Notes: a model not told the origin generated them from the letters alone. A DNA stretch of 64,000 nt from an uncultured Gemmatimonadales bacterium (GCA_963842945.1 CAWJIM010000019.1:512001-576000), one strand, 5' to 3'; counted from the stretch's first letter, positions 30,409-41,954 are shown. Made by a program: numbers and translations.

Positions 30409-30945
30409 TCAGCGACGGAACCCCTGAACGAACATCAGCGCCACCAGCGTTTTGCCATCCAGAATTTCCCCGCTTCGCATCATGTTCATGGCCTCGGACC
30501 AACGCCGGGTATGCACCTCCATGAACTCGTCGGCCTCTCGGTTGTGAGTGCCCTTTTTCAGCTCGTGGGCCAGGAAAAGGTGAATCTTCTCGTCGGTGAA
30601 GCCGGGCGTGGTGTAGATCGTGGTGAGCCGAGCCAGTACGTCAGCGGTCATTCCGATCTCCTCTTCCAACTCGCGCTGAGCACAGGTTGACGGAGTCTCG
30701 CCGGGGTCGAGCCTTCCGGCGGGAATCTCCCAGATGTAACCGTTGGCGGCGTGGCGGAACTGGCGGATCAGGTATATCCGTGGGTCCGGGGCGCGTGGCT
30801 CATCGAGAAAGGGCACAACCGCCGAAGCCCCGGGGTGGCGGATCATCTCCAGCTGGCCGGTCGATTGATTGGGGAATTGGACCGTGTCCCGGTCCAGGTT
30901 GATGATCCTGCCGCTGTACAAGCGTTCGGAGGAGACGAGCGTCAT
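30409..30945 (-). CDS. NUDIX hydrolase (ADP-ribose pyrophosphatase-like)
   Basis: Nudix box AGRLDPGETPSTCAQRELEEEIG; HPGASAVV; TPGFTDE. Confidence 0.9.
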   Translation of the reverse strand: MTLVSSERLYSGRIINLDRDTVQFPNQSTGQLEMIRHPGASAVVPFLDEPRAPDPRIYLIRQFRHAANGYIWEIPAGRLDPGETPSTCAQRELEEEIGMTADVLARLTTIYTTPGFTDEKIHLFLAHELKKGTHNREADEFMEVHTRRWSEAMNMMRSGEILDGKTLVALMFVQGFRR

Positions 30946-31595
30946 GGGGCGGAGCGGTGGAAGGTGAGAGTTGAGGCCGAGGCGCGAAGCCATGCCACCG
31001 GTATCTTGAAGGCCTCGGCCGCCAGGTAGCGCAGCTCCAGCACCGGATTGTCCGAGATGGGACTGCTCTCGGTGGGTGAGGTGTAGGCCTCCAGGCCGGT
31101 ACCCCGCGCCTCGAGCCGCAACCGAAACATGTGAAATGGATCGCTGACCAGAATGACCCGCTTCAGATGGGCCGCCTGGAGCCAGCCGGCGACGGCGGTC
31201 ATCGATGCGTGAGTTGAACGGCCCTGAGGCTGGGAGATCACTGCGTCCGGCGGCACCTTCCGGTTCAGCAGGTAATGCCGAGCGACGGTGGCTTCGCTCA
31301 TCGTGTCTCCTCGACCGACCCCGCCGGTCACCACCAGTCGAGGGGCAAGGCCTTCGCGATACAGTTGCAGCGCGTGGTCCAGGCGCGCCCGAAACACCGG
31401 CGATGGCCGTCCGTTGTACTGGGCGGCGCCCAGCACGACAATGGCGTCGGCGGGGCGTCTCTGATCCTCCTGGCTGACCACCAGGACCATCAGCAGGGCC
31501 ACGGTGTACACCGATCCAGCGGCCAGAATGATCAGCCCGAGGACCCGGCGAAACTTCTGGAACGGCGAACGACGAGTGGGTCGTCCCCCCTTCAC
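30942..31595 (-). CDS. YdcF/DUF218 family protein
   Basis: DAIVVLGAA, TGGVG...SEA and VSDPFHMFR motifs. Confidence 0.88.
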   Translation of the reverse strand: MKGGRPTRRSPFQKFRRVLGLIILAAGSVYTVALLMVLVVSQEDQRRPADAIVVLGAAQYNGRPSPVFRARLDHALQLYREGLAPRLVVTGGVGRGDTMSEATVARHYLLNRKVPPDAVISQPQGRSTHASMTAVAGWLQAAHLKRVILVSDPFHMFRLRLEARGTGLEAYTSPTESSPISDNPVLELRYLAAEAFKIPVAWLRASASTLTFHRSAP

Positions 31596-32983
31596 AAGTC
31601 GAAGCTCTCGCCGTGCTTGGGGACTCGTACGTCGCGCACGCCCTCTTCCCGGAGAATCACTGCCATAGCCTCCAGCGCCGGTGGTTCTCCGTGGACTACG
31701 AACGCCCGGCGGATCGGCCCTCCCAGCCGGCGAACCCAGGCCCGGAGCTCATCCCGGTCCGCATGAGCCGAATAGCCGGTGATCGATTCCACTTCGGCCC
31801 TGCGCTCGTACTCCTGGCCCAGAATGCGGACCCGCTCCTGCCCGCTTTGAATTCGCCGACCCAGGGTGTGCTCGGCCTGAAACCCGACGAAGAGCACCAG
31901 ATTGCGGTGGTCTCCAATGCCATGGGCCAGATGGTGCAGGATGCGGCCCGATTCAGCCATGCCCGAAGCGGCAATAATCACCGCCGGTCCGGTATGGGAA
32001 TTCAGAGCCTTCGATTGGGAGACGTCACGGACGTAATGGAGCAGGGGAAAGTCGAACAGCTCGTTCGTGGTCTCGATGAACTGCTCAGTGCGATCGAAAA
32101 CCTCGGGGTGCATCCGGAAGACGGTCGTGATGTCCACCGCCAAGGGACTGTCCAGGTAGATCGGTATTTGAGGGATCTGATTGGCGCGGAAGAGCCGGTG
32201 CAGGCTGTAGATCAGCTCCTGGGCGCGGCCTACCGCAAAGGCCGGAATCAGCAGCTTGCCACCGCGGGACGCGACCCGGCGCACTGCCTCCGCCAGCCGG
32301 GTCTCGGCCTGACCGAAGGACTCGTGTTGCCGATCGGCGTAGGTGGATTCGACGATCAGGGTGTCGATCGGCCCGGTGGGAGGCTCAGGATTCCGCACGA
32401 TGGGGAGGCCACTGCGGCCAATGTCCCCGGAATACACCAGGCGATGGTTGCCGCCCTCGCTCACCCTCAGATCCACCGTGGCCGACCCGATGATGTGGCC
32501 GGCATCGAGAAAGTCGAGTGCCAGGTGCTTGCGCACATGAAACACCCGCCGGTAGGGAACGCCGACCATGAGATCCTGCACGGCGACGGCATCGCGGAGC
32601 GAGTAGAGGGGCTCGCTTTCGGGCCCTACCCTGCCCTTTCGTTCCAGGTACTCGTGGTCTTTCTCCTGGATATGGGCGGCATCGGCCAGCATGACTGCGC
32701 TGAGGTCTCGGCTGGCCGGGGTGGCGTAGATCGGTCCGTGAAAGCCTTCCTTGACCAGGAGCGGGAGCCGCCCGCTGTGATCGATGTGGGCATGGCTGAG
32801 CACCACGGCATCGATCCGGCGGGCATCGAACGGGAGCTGGACGTTCAACCGGTGGCTCTCGGACCGGTGACCCTGAAACAGGCCCCCGTCGAGCAGGATC
32901 CTGGCGCCGGTGGCTTCGAGCAGGTGCATCGATCCGGTCACCTGTCCGGCAGCGCCCCAGAAAGTGAGTCGAAGGCTGTTCAT
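31592..32983 (-). CDS. MBL-fold beta-CASP ribonuclease
   Basis: SHAHIDHSG, AGHIIGS, ESTY, PAFAVGRAQE and YSAHAD motifs. Confidence 0.93.
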   Translation of the reverse strand: MNSLRLTFWGAAGQVTGSMHLLEATGARILLDGGLFQGHRSESHRLNVQLPFDARRIDAVVLSHAHIDHSGRLPLLVKEGFHGPIYATPASRDLSAVMLADAAHIQEKDHEYLERKGRVGPESEPLYSLRDAVAVQDLMVGVPYRRVFHVRKHLALDFLDAGHIIGSATVDLRVSEGGNHRLVYSGDIGRSGLPIVRNPEPPTGPIDTLIVESTYADRQHESFGQAETRLAEAVRRVASRGGKLLIPAFAVGRAQELIYSLHRLFRANQIPQIPIYLDSPLAVDITTVFRMHPEVFDRTEQFIETTNELFDFPLLHYVRDVSQSKALNSHTGPAVIIAASGMAESGRILHHLAHGIGDHRNLVLFVGFQAEHTLGRRIQSGQERVRILGQEYERRAEVESITGYSAHADRDELRAWVRRLGGPIRRAFVVHGEPPALEAMAVILREEGVRDVRVPKHGESFDL

Positions 32984-32992
32984 AGGCGCTGG

Positions 32993-33637
32993 CTACCTGG
33001 TCCCAAACAGGCGGTCTCCGGCATCGCCCAACCCTGGGAGGATGTATCCCAATTGATTGAGCTCCCGGTCCAGCGCGGCGGCGAATATTGGCACGTCGGG
33101 ATGAGCCTCGAGCATTCGAGAGACGCCTTCAGGTGCCGCCACCAGACTGAGAAAGCGGATCCGGCGGGCTCCCGCCTTCTGGAGAGCGCTGACCGCGGCT
33201 ACCGCTGACCCGCCGGTCGCCAGCATGGGATCCAGCACGAAGAAATCGCGCTCCACCCGGTCGGCCGGGATCTTGAAGTAGTAGTCCACCGGCTGCAGCG
33301 TATCGTGGTCGCGGTAGAGGCCGATGTGCCCCACGCGAGCCGAGGGAATCAACTGGGTAATCCCGTCGACCATGCCCAGGCCCGCCCGGAGGATCGGCAC
33401 CAGCGTCAGCTTCTTCCCCGACACCTGGAGGCCGGTCATGTGCTCGAGAGGAGTCTCGATCTCGACCGGGGAGGTGGCAAGATCCTTGGTGACTTCGTAG
33501 GCCATCAAGGTCGCGATCTCGCTCACCAGCTGCTTGAAGTCGCGGGTGCTGGTGCGCTTGTCCCGAAGAATGGTGAGCTTGTGCTGAATGAGGGGGTGCG
33601 ACAGAACGGTGAGGTTGGGAAAGGATGGCGGCGGCAT
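32993..33637 (-). CDS. upp: Uracil phosphoribosyltransferase
   Basis: [26 protein letters not shown] and [12 protein letters not shown] motifs. Confidence 0.97.
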   Translation of the reverse strand: MPPPSFPNLTVLSHPLIQHKLTILRDKRTSTRDFKQLVSEIATLMAYEVTKDLATSPVEIETPLEHMTGLQVSGKKLTLVPILRAGLGMVDGITQLIPSARVGHIGLYRDHDTLQPVDYYFKIPADRVERDFFVLDPMLATGGSAVAAVSALQKAGARRIRFLSLVAAPEGVSRMLEAHPDVPIFAAALDRELNQLGYILPGLGDAGDRLFGTR

Positions 33638-33686
33638 GGCCGGGAAATATGATATTGGTCTGACCCTTGGGCCATAGGAGAGAGCG

Positions 33687-34661
33687 ATGGGTACCATGCG
33701 ACTGGTGGTAGAGGCGTGCGGTGGGGGGTTACCAGTGGAGACCGGCATCGACCAGCTCCGTCGCCTCCTTCCGGACCGGACCAAGCAGTTGTGGCTCGAT
33801 ATCAGCGACCCGGGCGCCGCGGAGGTGGAGCTCCTGCGCGAGGTGTTCGGGTTTCATGAGCTCGCCCTGGAAGACGTGACCCGGCCGCATGAGCGGCCCC
33901 GCTGCGACGCCTATGGCAACTACTACTTCATCGTGGTCTATGGGGCGGAGCACTCGGGGGACGCGTTTATACCCCGGGAGCTGAACCTGTTCTGGGGTGA
34001 GAACTACCTGGTGACCATCCATCGGGGCGCCGCGGCGGTGCTGGGCGTACTGGAGGAGTCTCGCCGCCGGTGGGAGCGCAACGAGCAGCGGCAGACCCAG
34101 GGCGTGTCCTGTCTGGCCTATACCTTCTTCGAGACGTTGGTCGACGGCTACTTCGTGGTTCAGGATCGAATCGCAGCCCGTATTGCCGCAATTGAAGAAT
34201 CGATCTTCGAAGGCCATGAGGCCGCCGCCGCCGATCTGTTCCGGCTGCGGAAGGAGCTGCTCCGGGTGCCGTCGCTGCTGGCTCCGACCAGCCACGTGCT
34301 GGCCGAGGTGCTGCGGCGCGATCGCATGATCCCGGACGGGCTCAAGCCGTATTTCGCCGATGTGCAGGACCACGCGGTCCATGTATTGGCCGAGCTGGAC
34401 AGCCAGCGCGACCTGCTGAGCGCCGCGCTGGATACCCAAGTGTTCTATGCTTTCAACCGGCTGGGCAAGATCATGCAACGATTGACCGCGATCACGCTGA
34501 TCATCCTGGTTCCAAACTTCGTGGCCAGCATTTACGGGATGAACTTCGACCGGATGTTCCCGCCCCGGGAGTGGAATTACAGCTTTCTGGCGGTCAACAT
34601 CTTCCTGCTGATCATGGTGGCGTGGGGGTTCATACATTCGCGGATATTGCGCTGGCTCTGA
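33687..34661 (+). CDS. corA: CorA-family Mg2+/Co2+ transporter
   Basis: [14 protein letters not shown] signature and two C-terminal TMs. Confidence 0.9.
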   Translation: MGTMRLVVEACGGGLPVETGIDQLRRLLPDRTKQLWLDISDPGAAEVELLREVFGFHELALEDVTRPHERPRCDAYGNYYFIVVYGAEHSGDAFIPRELNLFWGENYLVTIHRGAAAVLGVLEESRRRWERNEQRQTQGVSCLAYTFFETLVDGYFVVQDRIAARIAAIEESIFEGHEAAAADLFRLRKELLRVPSLLAPTSHVLAEVLRRDRMIPDGLKPYFADVQDHAVHVLAELDSQRDLLSAALDTQVFYAFNRLGKIMQRLTAITLIILVPNFVASIYGMNFDRMFPPREWNYSFLAVNIFLLIMVAWGFIHSRILRWL

Positions 34662-34706
34662 GCGGCTTGGCTGGCCCCACTCTTACCTTATATTTCCCGC
34701 CCCTGG

Positions 34707-34779
<73 letters not shown>

Positions 34780-35275
34780 TTGCAGTTAGCCCACCTCTCG
34801 ACCCCTCCACCTTTGACCAACCTTTGCCGTTCTGTTCGGATCGCCGGGCGGGGTGTGGATCTTGTGGACAAAGGTGCCTGTGAAGGGAGGAATCGAACCC
34901 CAGGGCTACCCCGCCGAGCCACCCCTCGGCCGGAGCTCGAGCCCCCAGCTGAGGAGCGGGGCAGACAGCTCCGGCCCGCTCACTGCCGGTCGTCCAGGAT
35001 AGCGTCGAGCTTGGCGAGGGCGCCATGCAGTGTTGGGCCGCCGCACAGCTCGCACGTCGGCGTCCCGGCGGTGTGTACTCAAGGCACAGCGAACCGTCAG
35101 ATCCGGAGTCCCGCCTGCGAGTGGTCGCCGCGGCCGACAACGAAAGATCTCGACTGCCATTCAGTGAGCCTGCGCACACTTGGTATCCGGCCACCCCGGC
35201 ATACTGAACCGTGAGCGGGAGCGCGCCCGACCGCAACGCCCCGCTGTAGGCGTAGCTTGGGGGAGGTGTCCGATC

Positions 35276-35767
35276 ATGGAAACGATGCCAACGAGAGATT
35301 CTCAAGGCTCGTGCCTACGATGCCAGGCGCCGCTGACCGAGGGCGCGCGCTACTGCCCCCTCTGCGGCGTGTCGGTGAGCGAGGCGGCGACCGGGGAGTA
35401 TACCCGCTACGACCTGGATCGGTTCTTCAACTATGCCCTGGACATGCTCTGCATCGCCGGGATCGACGGCTATTTCAAACTGGTCAATCCCTCCTTCGAG
35501 CGGGTCTTGGGCTACACCACGGTGGAACTGCTGAAAATCCCCTTCGTCGAGCTAATCCACCCCGAGGACCGGAGCGACACAATCGCGGAGGTGAGCAAGC
35601 TCGCCAACGGTCTCGAGACCATCTGTTTCCAGAATCGCTATCGCTGCAAGGACGGCAGCTACCGGCAGCTTGAGTGGACGTCGTACCCGGAGCCAGCCAC
35701 TGGGCTGATCTACGCGGTGGCCCGGGACGTCACCGAGCGGGACCGGGCGCACGCATACAGTGGCTGA
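35276..35767 (+). CDS. Zinc-ribbon plus PAS domain protein
   Basis: CLRC...CPLC, then LDMLCIAGIDGYFKLVNPSF...IHPEDR...RDVTE; GGAGG RBS. Confidence 0.85.
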   Translation: METMPTRDSQGSCLRCQAPLTEGARYCPLCGVSVSEAATGEYTRYDLDRFFNYALDMLCIAGIDGYFKLVNPSFERVLGYTTVELLKIPFVELIHPEDRSDTIAEVSKLANGLETICFQNRYRCKDGSYRQLEWTSYPEPATGLIYAVARDVTERDRAHAYSG

Positions 35768-35853
35768 GGGGCGGAAGAGCGCGCGTGCCCGAGCCAACCT
35801 GTGCCGAGCGGCCCCTCTGGCACATATTGTCGCTGGCCTCCAGTTTAGAGGGG

Positions 35854-36108
35854 ATGGGAAACGACACCTTCCGCTGCCCGCAGTGCCAGCGCGAGCTACC
35901 GTACGCGAATGACACCTACAACCCCGAGACGCAGACCTGCCGGGCCTGCGGTCGGGGCGAGACGCCAAGTGTGCAGGAGGCGCAAGCGGATGCCAAGAGC
36001 GCCGCTGAGGTGGTGGAGACGGACGCCGAGATCATGCCTGGTGATGTCGGCCGGGCTCGCTGGACTCAGCCCGCCCAAGAGGAAGTCCCAGCTCCCAAAG
36101 TGTCCTAA
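35854..36108 (+). CDS. Small putative zinc-finger protein
   Basis: CPQC...CRAC; GAGG RBS. Confidence 0.55.
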   Translation: MGNDTFRCPQCQRELPYANDTYNPETQTCRACGRGETPSVQEAQADAKSAAEVVETDAEIMPGDVGRARWTQPAQEEVPAPKVS

Positions 36109-36772
36109 TCGATTACCCTCCGATCGGCCGCCGGGGCCATCTGTGGTTCTCCGTTCCCTGTTTATTCGCCGCGTCCCGCTAGGACGCGGCGGGACCAAGG
36201 TTGGTGCCAGTGGCAAAGCAGTAGGGCGCCGAAAGCTCACGAACGAGCACAGACGCCTCCTACCCCCCGCGGCGGAACGTGGTCCACCAGCGCTCTCGCA
36301 CGAACAGTCTGTCCGGTCAGCCACCAGCCAGGTGGGGACGACATTTCCCTCACGCCAGATTTTTATTTTTGGAACGGGGACTCCTGCCCGCATTTTGTCA
36401 GCGGACAAGCTCGCACCCTCATGACCCGGTCTTCTTCACAGCGACCGGCCGATTTTCGTGAAGGGGGGTCAAACCTCAGGGCGGGTGCCGCTGTGAACGG
36501 CGGTACTGGTGACCGGGATCGGGCGGTCTCCCTGCTTCGCGCCAGCCCTTTCTCCGAGGCGAGAGACTTGCTGACATTCCCCGATCCGGCACTCACGGCG
36601 CTGCGCGGCTACCCTCCCCTGCGAGGCGCTCCTGCGGCCGAGGGGTTGAGATCGCCCCCATCTTCTTTCCATACACCTCAGACCTCGCGCGGAGGCGAAA
36701 GGGTAATGCCGGTGGCGCTGGCCCGAGCACGCCAGCAGATTTCGGAGCCCTCCCATCCAGTAGGTCCACGCG

Positions 36773-36968
36773 GTGGACACGACAAAAATCGGTCGCCGTT
36801 CGGCGGTGCTGACCGACCGCTACGTCATCGAGCGCGAGCTCGGCCGGGGCCGGAATGGCCACCGTCTACCTCGCGCGTGACATGCGGCACGACCGACACG
36901 TCGCTCGCAGGTGCTGCTTCCCGAGCTCGGCGCGATCGTCGGCCCTGGTTCCTGAGCGAGATCAGAGC
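36773..36968 (+). pseudogene. Degraded Ser/Thr kinase N-terminal stub
   Basis: LTDRYVIERELGRG/MATVYLARDMRHDRHVA/LLPELGAIVGP/FLSEIR spread over frames, then similarity ends. Confidence 0.8.
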
Positions 36969-37162
36969 TGTTCGACGATCACTTCAAGGTCGGCGTCCTT
37001 CGCTCACGGTACGTGCTTCCGCACGGCGAAGGGTTCGTCGTGCTGCCACCGGAGGTCGAGTCCAGGAGGTGGTGGCGCTCAACTGGCTCGAGGTGCGGTC
37101 GCGGATGGATCCGCGCACTGCGGGCCGAACTCGTGACTGATGACGGTAAGGAGGGGGTAACC

Positions 37163-38095
37163 ATGACACCTGCCCAGGCGCGGACCGTCGCCGTCCCCCC
37201 GTCCACCAAGGCCAGTAAGGCCGGCCGCAAGCCTCGGGACGACCAGCTCGACCTGTTCGGTCTCACTCACCCAGGTCGGGTCCGTGCGGAGAATCAGGAT
37301 CACTTCCTCGTGTGTACCGTGCACCCGGAAGTCGTCATCCATGGGACGAGCCTGCCCGCGCCCGACCAGTTGCCGCTCCGGGGTGAGCGGCTGGCCACGC
37401 TACTGCTGGTGGCAGACGGGGTCGGGGGCGGCAGCGCCGGCGCCGAGGCGAGTCAGCTCGCGACCGAGGCGATCACCAAGTACGTCGCCTCGACCCTCCG
37501 ATGCTATCACACCGCCGGATCGGCCGCCGAGCACGAGTTCTTCGACGCGCTCCGCGCCGCGGCCCTGGAGGCCCACGACACAGTGCGCGCCGAAGCAGCC
37601 GCACAGGGCGCCGTCCCGGGGCCCGGCGGCGGCAGCGGGATGGCGACCACCCTCACGCTCGCGATCGCGGTGTGGCCGTGGCTCTACGTCGTCCAGGTCG
37701 GTGACAGCCGCTGCTATGAGTTTTCGCGCGGGATCCTGCGACAGGTCACCCGCGACCAGACGATGGCGCAGGAGCTGGTTGACCGCGGCGTCCTACAGCC
37801 CGAGCAGGCGGCGACGTCACCCCTCGGCTCCGTGCTGGCGAGCTCGATCGGCGGCAGGGAAGCCGTGCCCGAGGTGACGCGCCTGGATATCCGCCGGCGG
37901 GGGGCCGTGGTACTGCTCTGCAGCGATGGCTTGACGCGACACGTGTCGGACGAGGAGATCGGCCGGCAACTGAGGGCGATCGAATCCTCCGAGCAGGTGT
38001 GCCGTGCCCTGCTCGACCTGGCTCTCGAGCGCGGAGGCAGCGACAACATCACCGTCGTAGTGGGCCGGGCAAGGCCGGAAGAGCGAGGCACGTAG
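37163..38095 (+). CDS. PP2C-family Ser/Thr phosphatase
   Basis: GRVRAENQD, VADGVGG, VGDSRCY, CSDGL and GGSDNIT motifs. Confidence 0.93.
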   Translation: MTPAQARTVAVPPSTKASKAGRKPRDDQLDLFGLTHPGRVRAENQDHFLVCTVHPEVVIHGTSLPAPDQLPLRGERLATLLLVADGVGGGSAGAEASQLATEAITKYVASTLRCYHTAGSAAEHEFFDALRAAALEAHDTVRAEAAAQGAVPGPGGGSGMATTLTLAIAVWPWLYVVQVGDSRCYEFSRGILRQVTRDQTMAQELVDRGVLQPEQAATSPLGSVLASSIGGREAVPEVTRLDIRRRGAVVLLCSDGLTRHVSDEEIGRQLRAIESSEQVCRALLDLALERGGSDNITVVVGRARPEERGT

Positions 38096-38102
38096 CCGGG
38101 CG

Positions 38103-38260
38103 GATGCCGATGACCGACGACCTCGATCGACTGCAGGCCGCCCTGGCCGACCGCTACCTGCTCGAGCGCGAGCTCGGCCGCGGCGGCATGGCCACGGTCT
38201 ACCTCGCGCGGGACCTCCGGCACGAGCGGAAGGTCGCAAGCAAGGTGCTGCGCGTCGAGC
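38103..38260 (+). pseudogene. Truncated Ser/Thr kinase N-terminus
   Basis: LQAALADRYLLERELGRGGMATVYLARDLRHERKVASKVLR, then an abrupt end. Confidence 0.8.
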
Positions 38261-38465
38261 GTGACGATCGCCAATCGCGAGGTCCTCATCGGCGGGGAGT
38301 GGGCGACTGAGCTTGCTACGTTCGAATGGGGTCTGGTACCGGTGGGGGGGTGGACCGGCCGTCGTCGACCGGGGCAGCTACGTTCAGGTCTGGCACCATG
38401 GGCCAGATGGACGATGGCTCTTCGCCCGCGAGATATGGAACAGCGCGACCCGGCCCATGACTGCG
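38261..38465 (+). pseudogene. C-terminal fragment of an SnoaL/DUF4440-like protein
   Basis: EVLIGGEWATELATFEW, then VDRGSYVQVWHHGPDGRWLFAREIWNS in the shifted frame. Confidence 0.6.
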
Positions 38466-38493
38466 TCGAAGGAGCCGTGAGGTCGGGCCCCTC

Positions 38494-41164
38494 TCAGCGC
38501 CCGGGAGCCCGTTGCTGTAGCAGCCCGGTCCAGTGCTGCAGGTACACGAACTGCGACAGCCTACCCTGCCGCACCATGACGAAGCCCTTCCCGTCCGGCA
38601 TCACGTCGTAGTTCGCGTGCGGGACCGCGGGCTCGAAATCCGTCACGGCAAAGAGCGGCGTGCGTGAGATCACCCGGGGAGAGGGCGTGGTCTCGATCCG
38701 CGCCGCAATCAGCTGCGGCTCACCCGGGCCGAGGCTCCGGTAGAACAGCTCGCGTCCATCGCGAGACCAGAGCGGCTCGCTGCCGCCGTCCTGCGACACC
38801 AGCAGCTTGCCGGCTGTGCCATCGAGCGCCCTGAGGTAGACATCCGAGCGATTCGCCTCGTTGGAGACGTACGCCAGCCAGCGGCCGTTGGGCGACAGGG
38901 CAGGATAGCCCTCGTCATACGGCGTCGCCGCGAGCGGCTTCGGCTTCCCTCCGCCGCTCAGCGGCACCGTGACGATGTCACCCGGCCCGGTGATCGGGAG
39001 CACCACCGCGAGGCCGGTACGGCCATCGGGCGTCACGGCGTGCACAGTGATCTGTGCCCCCTCGAAGTACACCGAGTCGGCAGGGCGACTGCCGTCCACG
39101 GGTGCGCGCACGATGCCGGTATGTGCGCCATGAATCTCGGCATAGATCAGCTCCCTCCCGTTCGGGAGCCACGTCGGATCGTGGCCGGAGTTCTGGAAGG
39201 TGGCGCGGGACAGCGTGCGATCGGTCAGGTCGAGCACCCACACGTCGCGCGTCTCCGCCGCGAAGTCCAGGGCCACGCGGCGGCCGTCGGGCGAGACCCG
39301 CGGACTGTGATAGGAGCGCGGCTGGTCGAGCAGCGGCGTGACCCGTCCGTCCCGAGTCACGGTCACCAGGGTGAGCGGTTGCGCCGGCACATACGCCAGC
39401 GCTGTGCGTCCCGCCTGCGCAATCTTGGGACGTGATCCCCGAGTCTGCTGCACGGTGATGCCGAGGGACTGCACCGGGCCGGTGATGCGGGCCTTCCCCG
39501 GGTCGAAGGTGGCGGCATACACGACCCCGCCGGCCTGGCACCAGACGAGGTGGCCGTCGCTGTAGGCGGCCCAGGCGATAACGCCGAGGGGAAGAGGCAC
39601 CCGGCCGCCATTGCGAGGATCGACCGCGACGAGGTTTCCCTGAGCATAAGCCGTGGTCCCGATGGCAAGAATGCGCCCGCCCGGGAGCACCTGCATGACA
39701 TCGAGGCTTCCTTCTCCCTTGGTCGAGTCGGGCAGGGCGATGGGCTGCACCGTGCCGTCGTTCTTCAGCCGAGCCAGTGCGCCCGATTCGGTCGTCACCA
39801 CGAACTCGTCGTTTCCCGCCCAGCGCATCGCCGTCAGTCTGGGATCGCCCGGGATGGCGGTGGCGGCTCCGCCCGTGCTGGGAATGCGCTTCAGATGACC
39901 CTGCTGCAGAAATGCGAGGTACCCGCCGTCAGGAGAGAACACCGCGCAGCAACCGTTCTCGGTGCCGGCCAGCGGCACCGGCGTGAGCTGATCGAGCGCC
40001 CGCACGTACACCTGCGATACGCCGCCCGGACCCTCGGCGGTGTAGGCGAGGAGATCGCCGCTGGGCGAGACGGCGGCGAGGGGATCCACCAGCGCGAGCT
40101 GCTGCTCGGCAGGCAGCGTGATCCCCAAGCGGGCCGGCGGTACCGCCGGCGCCGCGGAGCGACCGAGGACGTAGGTCCCGGCGCCAACGAGCGCCAGCGC
40201 CAGGACTGACAGGACAACGCCGGTGAGGAGGCTCGTCGGCTTCGCGCGACGGGTGAGATGGTCCGGTCCCGCAGTCGTGGGACGAGGCACCGTCACCGCC
40301 CCACCACTCAGCGCAGACGCGAACTCCGCGGCCGTAGCAAAGCGGTCGGCAGGAAGCTTCTCCAGCGCCGTCAGCACCGCGGCCTCGACCTGCGGCGGGA
40401 TGGTGTGGCGCTGGGGAACGAGCGGGCCGCGGGGTCTCGGTAACCACCCGGGCCACGATCGCCTGCGCCGTGCTACCGGTGAAGGGCGGCTCGCCGGTGA
40501 GCATCTCGTAGAGCACGGCGCCGAGGGCGTAGACGTCGGAGCGGGCGGTGATCTCCCGCTCGCCCATCGCCTGCTCGGGACTCATGTAGTGCGGGGTGCC
40601 GAGCGACATACCGGTCTCGGTCATCCGGGTGTCGCTCGCCTTGCTCGCCGCCAGCGCGATTCCGAAGTCGGCCACCAGCGCCCGGCCGTCGTGCAGGAGG
40701 ATGTTCTCGGGCTTGATGTCCCGGTGAACGACCTCATGGCGATGCGCATAGTCGAGCGCCGAAGCCACCTCCGAGGCGATGCGGACCGCATCGGGCACGG
40801 GGAGCTGCTTCTCCCGGCGCAGGCGGTCGCGCAGTGACTCCCCCTCCACGAAGGGCATGACGTAGAAGAGGCAGCCGTCCGCCTCGCCCGAATCGAACAG
40901 CGGCAGGATATGCGGATGCTGGAGATTGGCGGTGAGCTTGATCTCGGCGAGGAACCGTTCTGCCCCGATGATGGCGGACAGCTCGGGCCGCATGAGCTTG
41001 AGGGCGACCCTGCGGTCGTGGCGGAGGTCGTGCGCGAGGTAGACCGTGGCCATTCCTCCGGCCCCGATCTCGCGCTCGATCCTATACCGATCCGCGAGCG
41101 CGCTCTGAAGGCGGCTGAGGAGTTCGGGCGTGGTTGTCTCCGGCTGTAGAGAAAGATGCACCAA
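38494..41164 (-). CDS. Ser/Thr kinase with TM and TolB/PD40 beta-propeller (frameshift near 40430)
   Basis: GAGGMATVY, HRDIKPEN, DFGIA, GTPHYMSPEQ and repeated SPDG/SPNG motifs. Confidence 0.92.
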
Positions 41165-41726
41165 GATGGCCTGGATTACCGTGGCCAGCTAGCTCGTGGT
41201 ACGAGGGCCGGCCGGCTTCGGGTGTCATCGGAGCCTCCCTGGACTGCAGTGAGAGACTGGTCGATCACCGTGGGTATCGATGGCGGCTGAGTTCCGCGTG
41301 CGCGAGAAGCCGGTGCGTGACACTGAGCCCGGAGATAGCCCTCTCTTCACTCGGTGGTAGTCCCGGTGGAAGTTGGTGACCCAGGCATACGCCGTTCCCC
41401 TCTTCCCTGCTCTGCTCGAGCCACCGATTCCCACGCCCCCATGGTCGCTGCCCATGGCTCCTCGACCATCTTCCGTCGGGCCGTGACGAAGTTGTAGAGG
41501 TTTAGGCTCTTGAGGTGTGGGCCGAGCGGCGGCGATGGTGAGGGTATGGAACGCGGGCGCCGAACAGGGGTGTCAGCGGCGGCCCCCACGGTAGGCCTTG
41601 ACGTCCGACGTCACTGCGACGTCATTCGCCGTCCACCCGCGTCCGATGGTGACCGATAGACGAGTCGCGCAAACGCTTGCCGTCCAGCGCTGGACACTCG
41701 TGGAAAGCAAGCCGGCACGAATCTTC

Positions 41727-41774
41727 AGGATCCTGTCCCGCAAGGGGTCCGGGTTCGACTCCCGGCGTTCGCAT
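41727..41774 (+). repeat. tRNA-Leu 3' fragment, att-like copy 1
   Basis: aggatcctgtcccgcaaggggtccgggttcgactcccggcgttcgcat: variable arm, T arm and acceptor 3' strand; no D arm upstream. Confidence 0.9.
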
Positions 41775-41954
41775 CCAACGACTTAGGGCCTCTCGATCGA
41801 GAGGCCCTTTTCTCGGGATGTCACTTCGGATGTCAGTCATTTCGGTAAGGAGTAATGCGGCGTATAGGTGTCATCGAGACGCTCAGGAGGCGTTCGTCGT
41901 TGGCGATCCATGCTCGGTCACCCCACATTGCAGTATTCCCATCCAGGCAGTGAC

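Noticed and set aside
31613..33208. Long antisense ORFs (also 7642-8817, 59117-60358, 61055-62416, 45445-46818)
   Set aside because: Shadow ORFs expected opposite high-GC genes; no recognisable motifs
34880..35200. Possible small minus-strand gene ending CELCGGP...LDAILDDRQ
   Set aside because: In-frame stop upstream and no convincing start or family
36200..36760. ORFs in the region before the first kinase stub
   Set aside because: No recognisable protein; left unannotated
41180..41590. Possible integrase remnant before the first tRNA fragment
   Set aside because: No tyrosine recombinase R-HxxR-Y motifs found in the listed ORFs
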